A stretch of 61,425 nt of DNA, filler included, from Sphacelaria rigidula (lineage: Eukaryota), in assembly GCA_964200075.2 (NCBI GenBank). It is 5 parts of 5 records of this genome, joined end to end, with 100 filler letters (N's around TTAATTAATTAA, not from the genome) between each part and the next. Parts side by side here need not be neighbours in the genome. Positions count along the whole stretch, not along the records: positions 49,224 to 61,425 come from CAXNAA020004009.1; 4 more parts are not named here. One strand, given 5' to 3'. A program made the translations under genes and the position numbers. The notes beneath the pieces are model-generated. The model saw only the letters and a program-made list of their open reading frames with translations, searched no databases and was not told where the DNA came from. Positions 50,256-61,425 of the stretch are shown here, piece after piece; within the stretch, counting starts at the first letter, position 1, and every line of letters starts with the position of its first letter.

Positions 50256-53200
50256 CTAGTGCACAGTTGAAGAACTCAAATGATCGAGGCTTGCGTAACC
50301 CGAAGCAAGGCCGAGACCGGAACCGAGGTCGGCACTGCGTCGTGCCGTACAAGAAGTCTCATCACTCACGCTCAGTCCTCTCTCGAAGATGGTTTCATTC
50401 CAATGCCAAAGTGGCCAAGGGCACACAGGGCGACTTGGGGTTGTCATGCTGATTGAAAGCTCGCTGTTCCTCACGTTTTTAGAAGTCCACCCTTTGCTCA
50501 TCTCCATATCTTTCAGCCGCTTGCTGAGACCTTCGACAGCCGCCGCGAAAAGTGCTTCCATCTCCTGCACTTCTTGCCGTGAAACGTACTCCCTTGCAAT
50601 AGCCAGTCTCTCCTCTGATCTCTCTTTCTCCAACCGTAAGATCTGGATCATGAAGCGGTGGAGTCATATTCCACTGACGGGGCTGGGTCGAGGAGGTTCA
50701 CTTGTGCAAGATCGGATACTCAACCACCTCTGATTCAACATTTTGTGGCCCTGGGCTGCTCAGTACCCATCGTATACACTAGATTGCACGGAGGGGAGGA
50801 GCGTGTAAGCCGTTGGCTGTCAAGGTAGTTCAGCTGTTGAATCGGGATGATTCCCACTTGAAAAGTGAGTCGGAGACACAGATGACACAAGCTGACCGTC
50901 AAAGGGTTAAAGTTTGAAGTATGACATATTAATGTAGGGTGCACCAAAGTCGAACTCGGAAGGTCTCGATGCACCCTGCCGCAAGAAACCCAACCCAAAC
51001 AGATGAAGCTGGGCTGGATGGGCTTGGTTCATCAAATACGGACTACCGCATGTACGAGTAGATATAAGTTGAGTTTGTGGCCAAACCTTGAAGAAGCGCG
51101 GTAGAGCTGGAGCAAATCTTCATTGTTCATGGTATATGAATGCCCGTTTCATGTGTAACACTGTTCTAATCGACATGGTATCGCTTTGACAGTAAGATGC
51201 AAGATAGTACACTTAACTATAATGGCTGAAGAGCACCAGAAGTTTCTCCGTTCACCTCGTTCTGTAGCGCATTGATTTGCTGTCTTGATCCCATCTCTTT
51301 GGCGTGGACACCTTCCACTTCTCCGTTCAAGGCGTCGATTCTAGCCTCACGCTCACTTAGCTCCCCCAATAGCTCACTGGGACATTGAGCAAGCAATCTC
51401 ATTTCATGTAGCATTGCCGCTGCTGACAACATATAACGTTTATTTCGTTTTAGGCTACTTAATTCGACTGTGGTCAACCAGGGCAGGCAGCGTAACGATG
51501 AATCTCCATGTTTTCACACGGTGTGAACCTCGAGCATTTGCCCGTTGCCAACAGAAAAATTGCACTTTCTTTGTAAAGAATAAGATGCGATAGCACCTCT
51601 TCTCCTCGAACAACGACGTACGCTGGCTTAATCTACTGCCCCATCAGGCCTCCTTGAACTTGAGTTCAGTGTCCCTGGTCTTCAGGAGTCGCGAAACCAG
51701 AAAACATATCTGCCAGAACGCGAGTATCTGACGTATCTCGTCCATAACTGGTACGCCTACTAGACCATGATAAAACGATAGTGGCGGCTCATCGGACTAT
51801 CTGCAACATCTATTGATTATACTATACGACTATGTTTGTTGCACGGTTGTTTTGCTCTCATACCTCAAACGAGTGTTTGTCTCCCTCTCATGATCGCGAG
51901 CTTCGATTTGCTGGGAACGGAGGGCCCTGCAAACAGCATGAGGAATGAACATACCACTGGGCGACGTTGGATGCCGTTCAGTCCTACCCACGACTGCTTG
52001 CGAGCAATGGACTCCGTTTGCACTGAACCAGCTAGAGGGTACTCGCGGGTCAATCTTCGATTTCGTCATGTCTCGTTCCCTGTTTCGAGTATGGCTATAT
52101 TCAACGTTGCACTACTTTACTGAACCCCTGCGCGAAATTGTGAGCAGGGGGGGATCATGGTTTGCCTGGGAGTCAAGGTTTCTTGTCGTATTCATTGATC
52201 GTTGCACGTTATGTGATCCCCAAGAAATCCACCCGTGGTCACGAGATAGACGTAACCGAAGTGACCAGAACGGGAATACTCGCCGGAGAGGTGACCAAAG
52301 CGGAAAAAAACAACATGGAATTTTGTCTGCGGCTCGAAGCATAGACTAAGAATAGCATGCCGGCATGAGGGAGTCAATTTCACCACGCTGCCAAACATTC
52401 AAACCTTAAGGTTGCTAGATGGACCTCCCGCTCCTTCGTCAGTTCGTACTGAGCAGCACTCCACTCAGCACCAGCACTCGCGGCTGCCGCCTTGTATGCG
52501 CTTACTCGTTCCTCGTAGTTTGCGGCCAAGGTCTTCATGTTGCTGAGTGCAGATGAGCGCGGGTGGATAACCACACGCGATTTCAGGCTTTGTGATGTTC
52601 TGACCCAATAGTACAATTAGGCGTGTAGGCAAGACTACATCCTCAGCGTCTTCGGTGGTCTCACCTCGCGTACTTTCTCTCCATCTTTTCGACCTCCTCC
52701 GTCCACCCACTTGCACACTCTGACATCTTCATTGCGCCTTCGGTGGTCGAGCCATCCGCATTGTTGTTCTGGTAGGGGCAGGGGGCATGTGAAGCTTCAG
52801 GGTCTTCGTTTCCTTTTTTCTGACAAAGTATTCCCTCTAGAATTGGAAAAGACAGTGCAACATCACTCGTTTGAGGAAGCATACTAACATCACCATGCAG
52901 TCTCTCTATGGCATTGATAACCATATGTTCGAGGAATTCCATACATGCACCCTGGAGGGCGTGGCTCCCCACCTCCATCTCTTGAAGGTCCGTGCTCCCA
53001 GCTGCCGCCATACTCTCAAGCCGAGACTTCATCCTGTTAGTCTCGGCATCCAGTTGTATCACTTCATCTCGTGCCATCTCCAGATTCTAGGCACACAAAG
53101 ATAGGCTAGGGAAGATCAGACGCGACATGTGTGACGGCAACGGCATCGACCAAGTGATGATGTATCTACCCGAAAGACTTGGGACTACTCTCTCACCTCG

Positions 53201-55610
53201 TCAGCAGTGACTCTTTGAAGCGTCATTTCGGTTAGCTCGTCATTCTTCTTATCCAGCTCCTTCTGCAAATCTTGGCACATTGCATCAAGATCTGGCACAA
53301 CATTGACTCGGGCTTTGATCGAGACGGACATTGCCCTTTGCGCGAATACAAGAGATGAGAGAGTTTCTCCGAGGTCATCCCTGCGATAGCGGCGCACGCG
53401 CGACACTGAAGCAAGTGAGGCAGCACGCCTTCAAGGTGGGGAAATTCACCACGATCATGTGCTACCTTCGAATATATGCGCAGCGGCATTCAAGACATCA
53501 CTGGCTTTCCGCACGTGTAAACAACTTGTTTTCACGACCAATGTATGTTGCTCAAAATCGAGGGGCTTGTGGCGTATGTGTCAGCTGCATGGTCCACCCG
53601 TTTACTTGCGGTAGTACCCACCTCCCAAGCAGCAGTGAAATGATCATCACAGTGCGTGAATTTCCTCCCAGGCTTGGCTGCAACAACCGTGTGAGCTTGC
53701 TATCGCGAAAAGGCACGTGCGACCGTCTCTGCGACATGCGAGGTGAGGGTGAACATAGGTTTTATCGAATAAGCATGCCGCTGATTCTCCTTCTAGTTGG
53801 ATAATATATGTTTATCGGGCCGATATGGCGATCGTCATCACGACTTCGGATGATCCACTCTCAATCAACAGCTACACGAACACTTGTACGCAGTGTAACT
53901 CTGTACCCCTGCTGACCTACCTGTGCAAGAGCAGCCACGCAGTTCCCAAGCGCGGACAGGCTGAGGTTTATTGACTTGAACTCCTCGAGGCGTCGGTACT
54001 GAGCAGTCGATCGTTTAGCACTTTCGCTGCCAGCCAAATCCGCAAGCATCATACAGCTCTGACAAGGTCGTGCACACGAGTAGCTTTTTCTTCAGAAGGT
54101 GTAGTCCACGGGCGGGGTTTGACTACGGGCTCATCCTACTGGAAGAAAAATGTACTGCGCCCCACGGGTGCTTCCAAACATGCAATTGGTGGTGATATGA
54201 CGGGACGTTGTACTGGAGATGTGATGCGTTAGACGTAGCCTTCACAGGGCACTCTAAAAAGTGTGTTGTGTATTGTGTGAGGTGGTGTACCTGCGCTAAA
54301 ACTCCTTTTGAGTCCCGCTGTTCCAAGTATGCGAGCATGACAACATGACTACGACTGGACGTCTCGCTGTCTCCGGCGGGTGCTTGGGTTTTGCGCTTAT
54401 CGGCCGCCTCTAAAACTGCGGTGGCATTTGCAGCGTCTGTCACATATACACGGCAGAGTCCTTCGACGAACGTCTCGCCCCCAGGTCTCTCTCTTATGAC
54501 GATATCTCTCGAGGGGGCCGGGTCTAAGAGATCCTGAAGATGATCGTGTGATATGTAAACGGGGAGATGTCGCAGTATTAGTGAATCAAACCCCCACTCG
54601 TTGCGCGCAGCGAAATGCTGCGAATAGCACGCATACTGCCGGGAGGTAGAATATATGTAAACTTTGCAGTGCTAGTACGACTGCGGCGGACAAACAATGA
54701 ACACTATCGTCGGATCTGATCGATACCTGTAGTGTTTCGCAGTAAATTTGCAAGCAAGAGACGCCGACGCGAAATGTGGATGTTGTCTTGCTCTTGATGC
54801 CAGTGAATAGTCTTGCCATAACGCGAGACACGAGTCCTCTCTCGTGGCCGTCCACAGGGCCACATCCAACCATGGTGTAGGTTTTACCTGCAACCCCATG
54901 TCGGTTTCAAACACTCGTAGTCAAGGTATACTCGATTGGTTTTTCGTCCCGAACAGTTTGCGTGCATGCATCCGATGCTCTTGTTCCGAGAAACGTATTC
55001 TCCGAAGCCTAGCTACAATTTTTACCTGCACCTCGCCGACCACAGCAGATCATTGTTCCGTTGTATCCGCCCACAACGCCGTCCACAATACTTGTACCGG
55101 CGGTGTCAAACACCTGCGGCAAATACATGCGCCAAAAGCTACATGACTAATTGTGCACAAGAAGCTTGGGACAACTTGTCGACGACGCACGTCGAACGGG
55201 AACTACATTATGCCAATTGCATTGGAGTCAACTCCCAAGATATCGCACATGAGAAGCCATCTTGATAGGTGCGTGATAAAAAGAAGGCAATAAGTGGCTA
55301 TTCGCCCAACTTTGCTTGCAGACTTGTGAACCTGGTGAACAAACCATTTCACGTATTTGTGAGCCTTGGACCACTTCACCCTCACTCTTACGCCAAGGGT
55401 GATGCCTGCCTGATTGTTAATAGGCATAATCGGCGGCTCGTACGATTTCTGTACCTCTTGCTGACTGTGATGTTCCCCGAAGCACCCGGAGAATCGAAAT
55501 TCCCGACGTGTGCTCTGATTGTACGATATCGATCCTGACGACGTCCACGCCTCGATGCACGAAGCTTCTTCTCGAGGACTGTCCACCTCGGTTAACATCG
55601 TACCTTCGGT
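50256..55610 (-). CDS. Kinesin motor-domain protein with C-terminal coiled coil, spliced
   Basis: Phase-consistent exons: 55455-55610, 55026-55113 ([15 protein letters not shown]), 54727-54887 (KTYTM..LQIYCE), 54291-54533 (DLL..SSRSH), 53921-54058 ([17 protein letters not shown]), 53622-53728 ([23 protein letters not shown]), 53197-53380 ([12 protein letters not shown]), 52665-53086, 52405-52542, 51864-51926, 51256-51376, and from 50642 to either 50475 or the stop at 50256. Start and end are uncertain. Confidence 0.93.
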
Positions 55611-58600
55611 CTGTGAACATGAAGATAACAGGTAGCGATGGGTATAATGGTGACGACAGCTCTTGTTAGATTCATAGTGCTACCGTCAGTGCAGATGTAC
55701 GGTAGGTGCGTGTGTCCATCTCTCGGAGCTTTGGCACGGCAATCGTCATGGTTTTTTTCCTTGTGATATGGAGAGCACGAGGCGAGGTAAATGCACTCCA
55801 TTGGTTGGCATGCTTTGCAAACACACACCACCTCCTGGAAATAAACGACAACACTCAGCTCCTGGAACCACAGCAACGGAAAAAGAATTCCAGGTAGCCT
55901 GCAAGGGTTGTCTTTCTAGTTTCATTCAGAATTTGACTCACTTTTAGCCAAGTTCTAGTCCTCTGCACGCTGTGATGCGCGTGGACATCAATTTTCGTGT
56001 TGTTATTTGGATATAGCTACAGTCGATAAAATGTCAAGGGCAGTACACGAACAGGTGCGAACCCGCTACCAGAGTATACGTCAACAAGAGTGCTAGGTTT
56101 GATTTGTTGCCTCAAGTTTAGGCATACAGCGATTCCTGCACAACCGAGTGACAACTAATACAGTTTAGTATATTCTCTTCTCCGTACTTGAGATATCGAG
56201 GCTAGGGCAATTTTCACTGTTTTTCAAATGGCGGGTCCCGTGTGTTGCCCGAGACATAGTACGTTACCCGTGTCTATGATAGGTTCACTTGTTCAAAAAG
56301 TCGACTACCCCGTATCTTCACGTCACATTCAATCAGCACAAGGAGGTGAATAAACGTATCATCATTTACCACGCGCTTAACCCTGTGGCTGTGCTGCACA
56401 GTAATGGCTCTGAGACTCTGGAGAATTACATATGCCAATGCAAACGTTTGCGGCTTGGTGTAAGTGAGCGAAAGCTTCTGCAATACGCATATAGCAACCT
56501 TTTCGCCAGATTTGGTGTCTTATATTTGACTGAGTGTCAGCTGTTATAGAAAAGCATTGTTTGTTCGTGTTCCATCAATGGATGGAACCGTAATATGTCC
56601 GAATATCAAGTGTAAATTATGCCGATTCAACAGATCACCTACCCTAGTAGTCAGCCCGAGTGACGTTGTGATATAATTTGGAATTTGGAATCGTTAGTTA
56701 TACGAGTATTAATACGGAACGATACGTTTTCTTGAAATAACAAGAAGATAACGAGAATGACGATATAACCCGTGGGAACATGCCTCTCATTAACGCGCCG
56801 GTGTATGTTCAGCGGGTTCCAATTACGTCTTGCCCATAATGGCATGCAATTCAAAAATGTTTTCCCGATTGGCACGTTGAATGCGAGTGTTGCGTATTGA
56901 CCCACCGAGATTTGAGAGAATGATATATTGATGTTTGTTTGCTTCCGCAACATATATCCAATGACTAACTCTTCAGATTGTTGACCTTCTGACCGCTAGA
57001 GTTTTTCTTTCTTTCCTTCACGAAAGAAAGAAACCTGGCCCAACACTTACCCCGCAAGCCGCGAGCGGGTTCGTGTGCCGATTCGATTACCCGGAGGCTT
57101 GGCCAGACCGTCGCGTGGCAGTGATGTGGGGTTGGCGCCTCGAGCGTTCGCAAGCTTTTGACCACCAGTGTTGGTAATCTGGGTCACGGAGAAACTTTTC
57201 AAGTGAAAATGGACTCAAAAGCCCACACTCAACCAAATGCTAGACAGTCAATCTGACGGAAAGGGTGTTATCCCAGAACCCTCGCAGTCGAAGGATTGAG
57301 CCGTATTTGCCATGCCAAGTATGTTATACTGGTGTATGCAGGCACTGATGAAGGAAAAGCCGGTCTGTACGATGCCACAGTAGCACGGTTACATGAGAGT
57401 GCGGTTGAGATGATGTGCCATACAGTACGACGAAAAGACAGGCGCGGGAGGTGTGCTAGGTGTGCCAGGTGTGCCGGGACTGGCTGATGAAACTACTAAG
57501 GCTCAACTCACTGAAGCCACATGACCGCTGAAACACATGATATAGTGTTTTACGTTATATAGACAAGAGTAAGGCTAATCTGGTCAACACACATCTCTTA
57601 GGGTGGGATGTAGGATGTTCTGCAGCGTGAAAGTGCGTGATGTCCTCGGGGTACATGACGCGCACGTCTATAACGTGGTTGCGTTACTGAAGTTCATAAT
57701 GTTGTTGTGGTTATTCAACGTGGAAATGGTCGAGTGTCAACACTTACCTCGAATGATTCAAGGATAGCACTAAACTCGAGAAATTAAGCATCGATACCAA
57801 TCTTGAGTAGCTTAATGCTAACACTTAATTCGAGTAGCCTAACATTAACATCGAATTCTCGACGCTAGATACAAATAATTGTGGTTTAGTGCCAACACTA
57901 AACTCAAGTGACTGAATATTTACACTAAACTCGAACATTTGTAATGAATACCATACTTGAATACTTCAACCACGAGCCTCATGCAGCCACACTTGAAAGT
58001 TGAAAGTCTGAGTTCTGCGCATTCACGGCGACGTGTATACTCCCTAGGTTTTTTTCATCTACTCTCGACCCGCAATGCCTTAGCAACGCCGGGTGTGACG
58101 TAAACGTTTCCCAACGTCGATGTAACATACCTTCCACGATCGCACATTAATTGAATGCAGCCTAATCTGCTGGGTGCCAAAATACAATAAAAAATGCCCT
58201 CAGCATATAAACTCGAGGATATATGAAGAGTTCGATCCTTTGAACTCCCTTCTTCGAGTAGCGAATAGTCAGATACACATTTTGACTAGCGTTCTATATA
58301 CCACTCACAACAACCCATTCGCCAGATTGAGTGTCAGCTTTCAACAGAAATACACAATTTGCTCGTGTTCAATGATTGGATGAAACACTAACATGTCTGA
58401 AAGTCAGGTGTAAATGGTGCCCATTCAATAGATCACCTACCCTAGCGGTCAAAGGCTAATTCGAGTGACGTTGCGAAACACTTTTAGAGTTGAAGTCGTC
58501 CGCTCTACCATTAGTACCGAACGATAGGTTCGGTTCAACCAACGTTAAAAGAAGGAGAATGACGATACCACCCATCGGAACATTTCTGTAATTAATGAGC

Positions 58601-60357
58601 CGTTGTTCGTCCAGACCCTTCCGATTATACCTCGCACATGATGGCGTGCATTCCACAAATCTTTCTTGGACAAATACGTATTTTGGGTCATACTGCACGT
58701 CACTGTATGATGTAACTATGATTGCCAGCACGGTAATGCTGCTGAACGAGATGACACAAAGCACAATCGTGTGTACAGTAGTGGTGTACGGCGGGCTGCG
58801 CCAACAAGGTTGCTGTTTCCCATCCGACCGTTTCTTATCTTTCAGCTTCAGCTGTTTTTCTCACAAGAGGAAAGGTGCTGTTTTTCGCGGGAACACGAGC
58901 GCTGTACTTCTCAACTGATTATTTTTCAAACCCGAACACTACCTGCAGCATCCAAAGAAGGTGATGGCGGCGTCTTGAGGCCAAGAACGCTCAAATGTCG
59001 TATAAATCATAACTCCGAGAAGAAAATCTAATTTCCATGGCAATAACATGTCAAACAACGTGTTCTTCACAACATGTAGCAACATATTAAATTCGTGAGA
59101 ATCGGATCGTAACCTTCACTTCAAATGATGGACCGTACGCCCCAGCTTCCCGAAGTTTTGGCCTGAACGACGAATCCCTCAGTCAACGCACCTTGAACAA
59201 TCGTTGAAGCGCTTACTCGTGGGAACAACCTGTCGCGTCTACTTTTTCAACCCGGTTGCATCCGGCCAAGTAATTGCGTTTTATAAAATGGTCCATGATG
59301 GGCTTGTGAAAATTAAGCGTCCAGTTCTATCAAATTGCCAACTTTGAAGGGAATGCTGTAACTTTGCCGTATCTTGTCGGATCAACAAACTATACTATAA
59401 CAGACGGGGCACATTGCTCCTACGAGTGAGGACTTCAGAGGTTGCATCGGCTGTACAGTCCACCATTCACGGCAACCGTATGACCTAGAAAATGGCCCAG
59501 GATTTCAAAAAAAGGTCACGATCTGATTCCCGCGAATGTGTTGTTATTTGTCTTTTACAACATGCATTCGTCACAACCTACCACTTTTGTTTTTGGTTTC
59601 TTCCTTGTCCCTTCCTCTGACATACTACTTCTACTCCTTTTTGATTATGCTGTACGATATACAGTATACTGTACACTACTCCGTATTGCTCACAAAGCCC
59701 TTCACCACGGGCATAACAGGGCGGGCTGACACGTAACCCGCGAAAAATCTCAACATGTGAATGACTAGCCGATGAAATGGCACCCAGAAAATGGAGACAA
59801 TGACATGCAATACTGCACGAGCCAGGTATAAACTCATGTGTTATATTTATTCATAATGTTCAAGCTTCAGAGATCGGAAATATACACCAGCTGTGAAGTG
59901 AATAGAGCTCTAAGCGAACAACCGAAGGTACAACCCCGTCACCTGAAAATCCTCGTTGGCGCCCCTGTGTGCACATGGGAATCACCGGTATCAGGTTGAT
60001 GCAGGGGGATAATTGCCCTTTTATTTGGATATAGTTGTGGACCCAAGCCAGAACCTACCAGCCGAAAACTCCGACACTAGAAAAAAGGAAGTACATACAC
60101 CGACGTGCCTCATGCTGTTGCGAATCGGGGCCTTTCGCGTGAAATACTTGTAACGCAAACCGCAGGTTATAGACATGAGCTCGTGTTAAGTTGGGCCCAC
60201 AGCGGCGCATGACATGGTCTCAAACCCAACTGTAAGGGGTCAAACTTCATAAAATAGAACAGCCTTCTTCACAAGACCAACGGTGCGACCCTGCTGCTGG
60301 AGCTGAACGACTTAACTCCGGGTAATTGATCACCTGGCTCAGACGAACCCTGTGGTT

Positions 60358-60501
60358 GAGGCGACACAGCTTCGGAGGCACAAGCTCGATAACGCAGTAT
60401 GTTGGGGAATAAGGTGCTTGCGGCCCAGAGAGGCGACACGGCTTCGGAGGCACAAGCTCAATAACGCAGTATGTCGGGGAATAAGGCGCTTGCGGCCCAG
60501 A
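60358..60501. repeat. 72-bp tandem duplication (2 copies)
   Basis: Units 60358-60429 and 60430-60501 differ at 4 positions. Confidence 0.95.
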
Positions 60502-60599
60502 GAGCGCAGCCATATGACTCGGCCAGGACAATCATGCTGCCGGAACCCATACTCAAAGAGCGAAGCTTCTCTGGCATCGGGCCTTGATTGGCCACAATA

Positions 60600-61320
60600 T
60601 GTCCATCACGGGGTGATGAACGGTGTCACCTACCACGCACGCATCTATCAGAGAGCTGGTTCACGCACTCGCGGTGCTTTTCAAGCGACCGGAAATCGAG
60701 GGAACCATGGGATTCGGGAACCCCTCCACAGCAGATAGGGACTCGCGGGTGGACATAGTCGTCCCGGCAGAGGAGTTTAGGGATAAACCCAACCGCGACT
60801 ATGGGAAAAAGAGCCTCCTGATCTGTGTCACACCCACCAACCCTCAGTCAGCAGGACATTTTTCGCGCGGAATCGCCACCATCAGCGGCTCCGCAACCGC
60901 AACCTCCGGGCCGCGCGATAGGGCACACTTCACTCGTCAAGAACACGTATACTTCAATCAGTGTGGTTTCAAACTCACCACCCTGGCGGTGGAAAAACTT
61001 CGGGGACCTCGGAAATGGCGGGGTGGAACTACTCGACCAGGTAGCTACCACCGTGATGGGGAACCAAGAGGGGGGGGGGAGCTACCCTACCCAGAATGGT
61101 CTTCTTCTCAAGCGCACTCAACAGATAATCTCGGTCACCAAACAGATTGCCATCTCGAGAAGAGACGCTACCGATTTGCCTCACGGGGAATGCCAGAAGC
61201 TGCTGAAGACATCCTTAACCCTAGAGCATGAGGTTGTGGTTGCCTGTCACAACGGGAAGTTCCTACTTTTTCAGATGTCTCTGTTTCGGGCTCAGTTTTG
61301 TTTTTGTTTTTGTTTTTGGT
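60600..61320 (+). mobile_element. 5'-truncated, decayed non-LTR retrotransposon with restriction-like endonuclease (CRE/NeSL-type) 3' end
   Basis: TYHARIYQRAG (zinc-knuckle remnant), LVHALAVLFKR, SRVDIVV and LLICVTPTNPQ (PD..D-type motifs), FKLTTLAVE, then a (TTTTG)n-like tail. Confidence 0.7.
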
Positions 61321-61394
61321 CCTTGGTTTCTTCTGGCGTTGACATCGGCGTTCTTATTCCCTCCCCCCCCCCCCCCCCCCTTTCTCTCTTCTTT

Positions 61395-61425
<31 letters not shown>

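Noticed and set aside
43209..50256. Apparently truncated VPS13-like gene converging on the kinesin
   Set aside because: The contig ends at 49123 and the kinesin is on a different contig, so truncation cannot be inferred.

Overview
Eukaryotic, intron-rich, roughly 50% GC genomic DNA. Exon style and repeat families suggest a brown alga (Phaeophyceae); that is inference. The window is not one locus. It is five contigs of strictly decreasing length (12208, 12206, 12205, 12204, 12202 bp) joined by identical 100-bp N/TTAATTAATTAA linkers, so adjacency across linkers means nothing. Contig 1: partial spliced 2OG-Fe(II) dioxygenase with a hAT-like MITE, a tRNA-like SINE head and a long hairpin in or near its introns. 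Contig 2: decayed tyrosine-recombinase (DIRS/Ngaro-like) retrotransposon (CCCH gag, RT, RNase H, YR) beside opposed 43-bp repeat arrays. Contig 3: minus-strand gene with degenerate cNMP-binding domains and a 417-bp TRIM-like mini LTR element. Contig 4: divergent gene pair (DM10-domain gene with apparent GC-AG introns; Chorein-N/VPS13-like gene) and a self-nested Harbinger-type MITE. Contig 5: 12-exon kinesin with atypical P-loop and switch I, and the 3' remnant of an RLE-type non-LTR retrotransposon. I found no firmly supported new biological system. The best leads are the YR retroelement, the mini-LTR elements carrying Pol III box-like motifs, the atypical kinesin and the DM10 gene.
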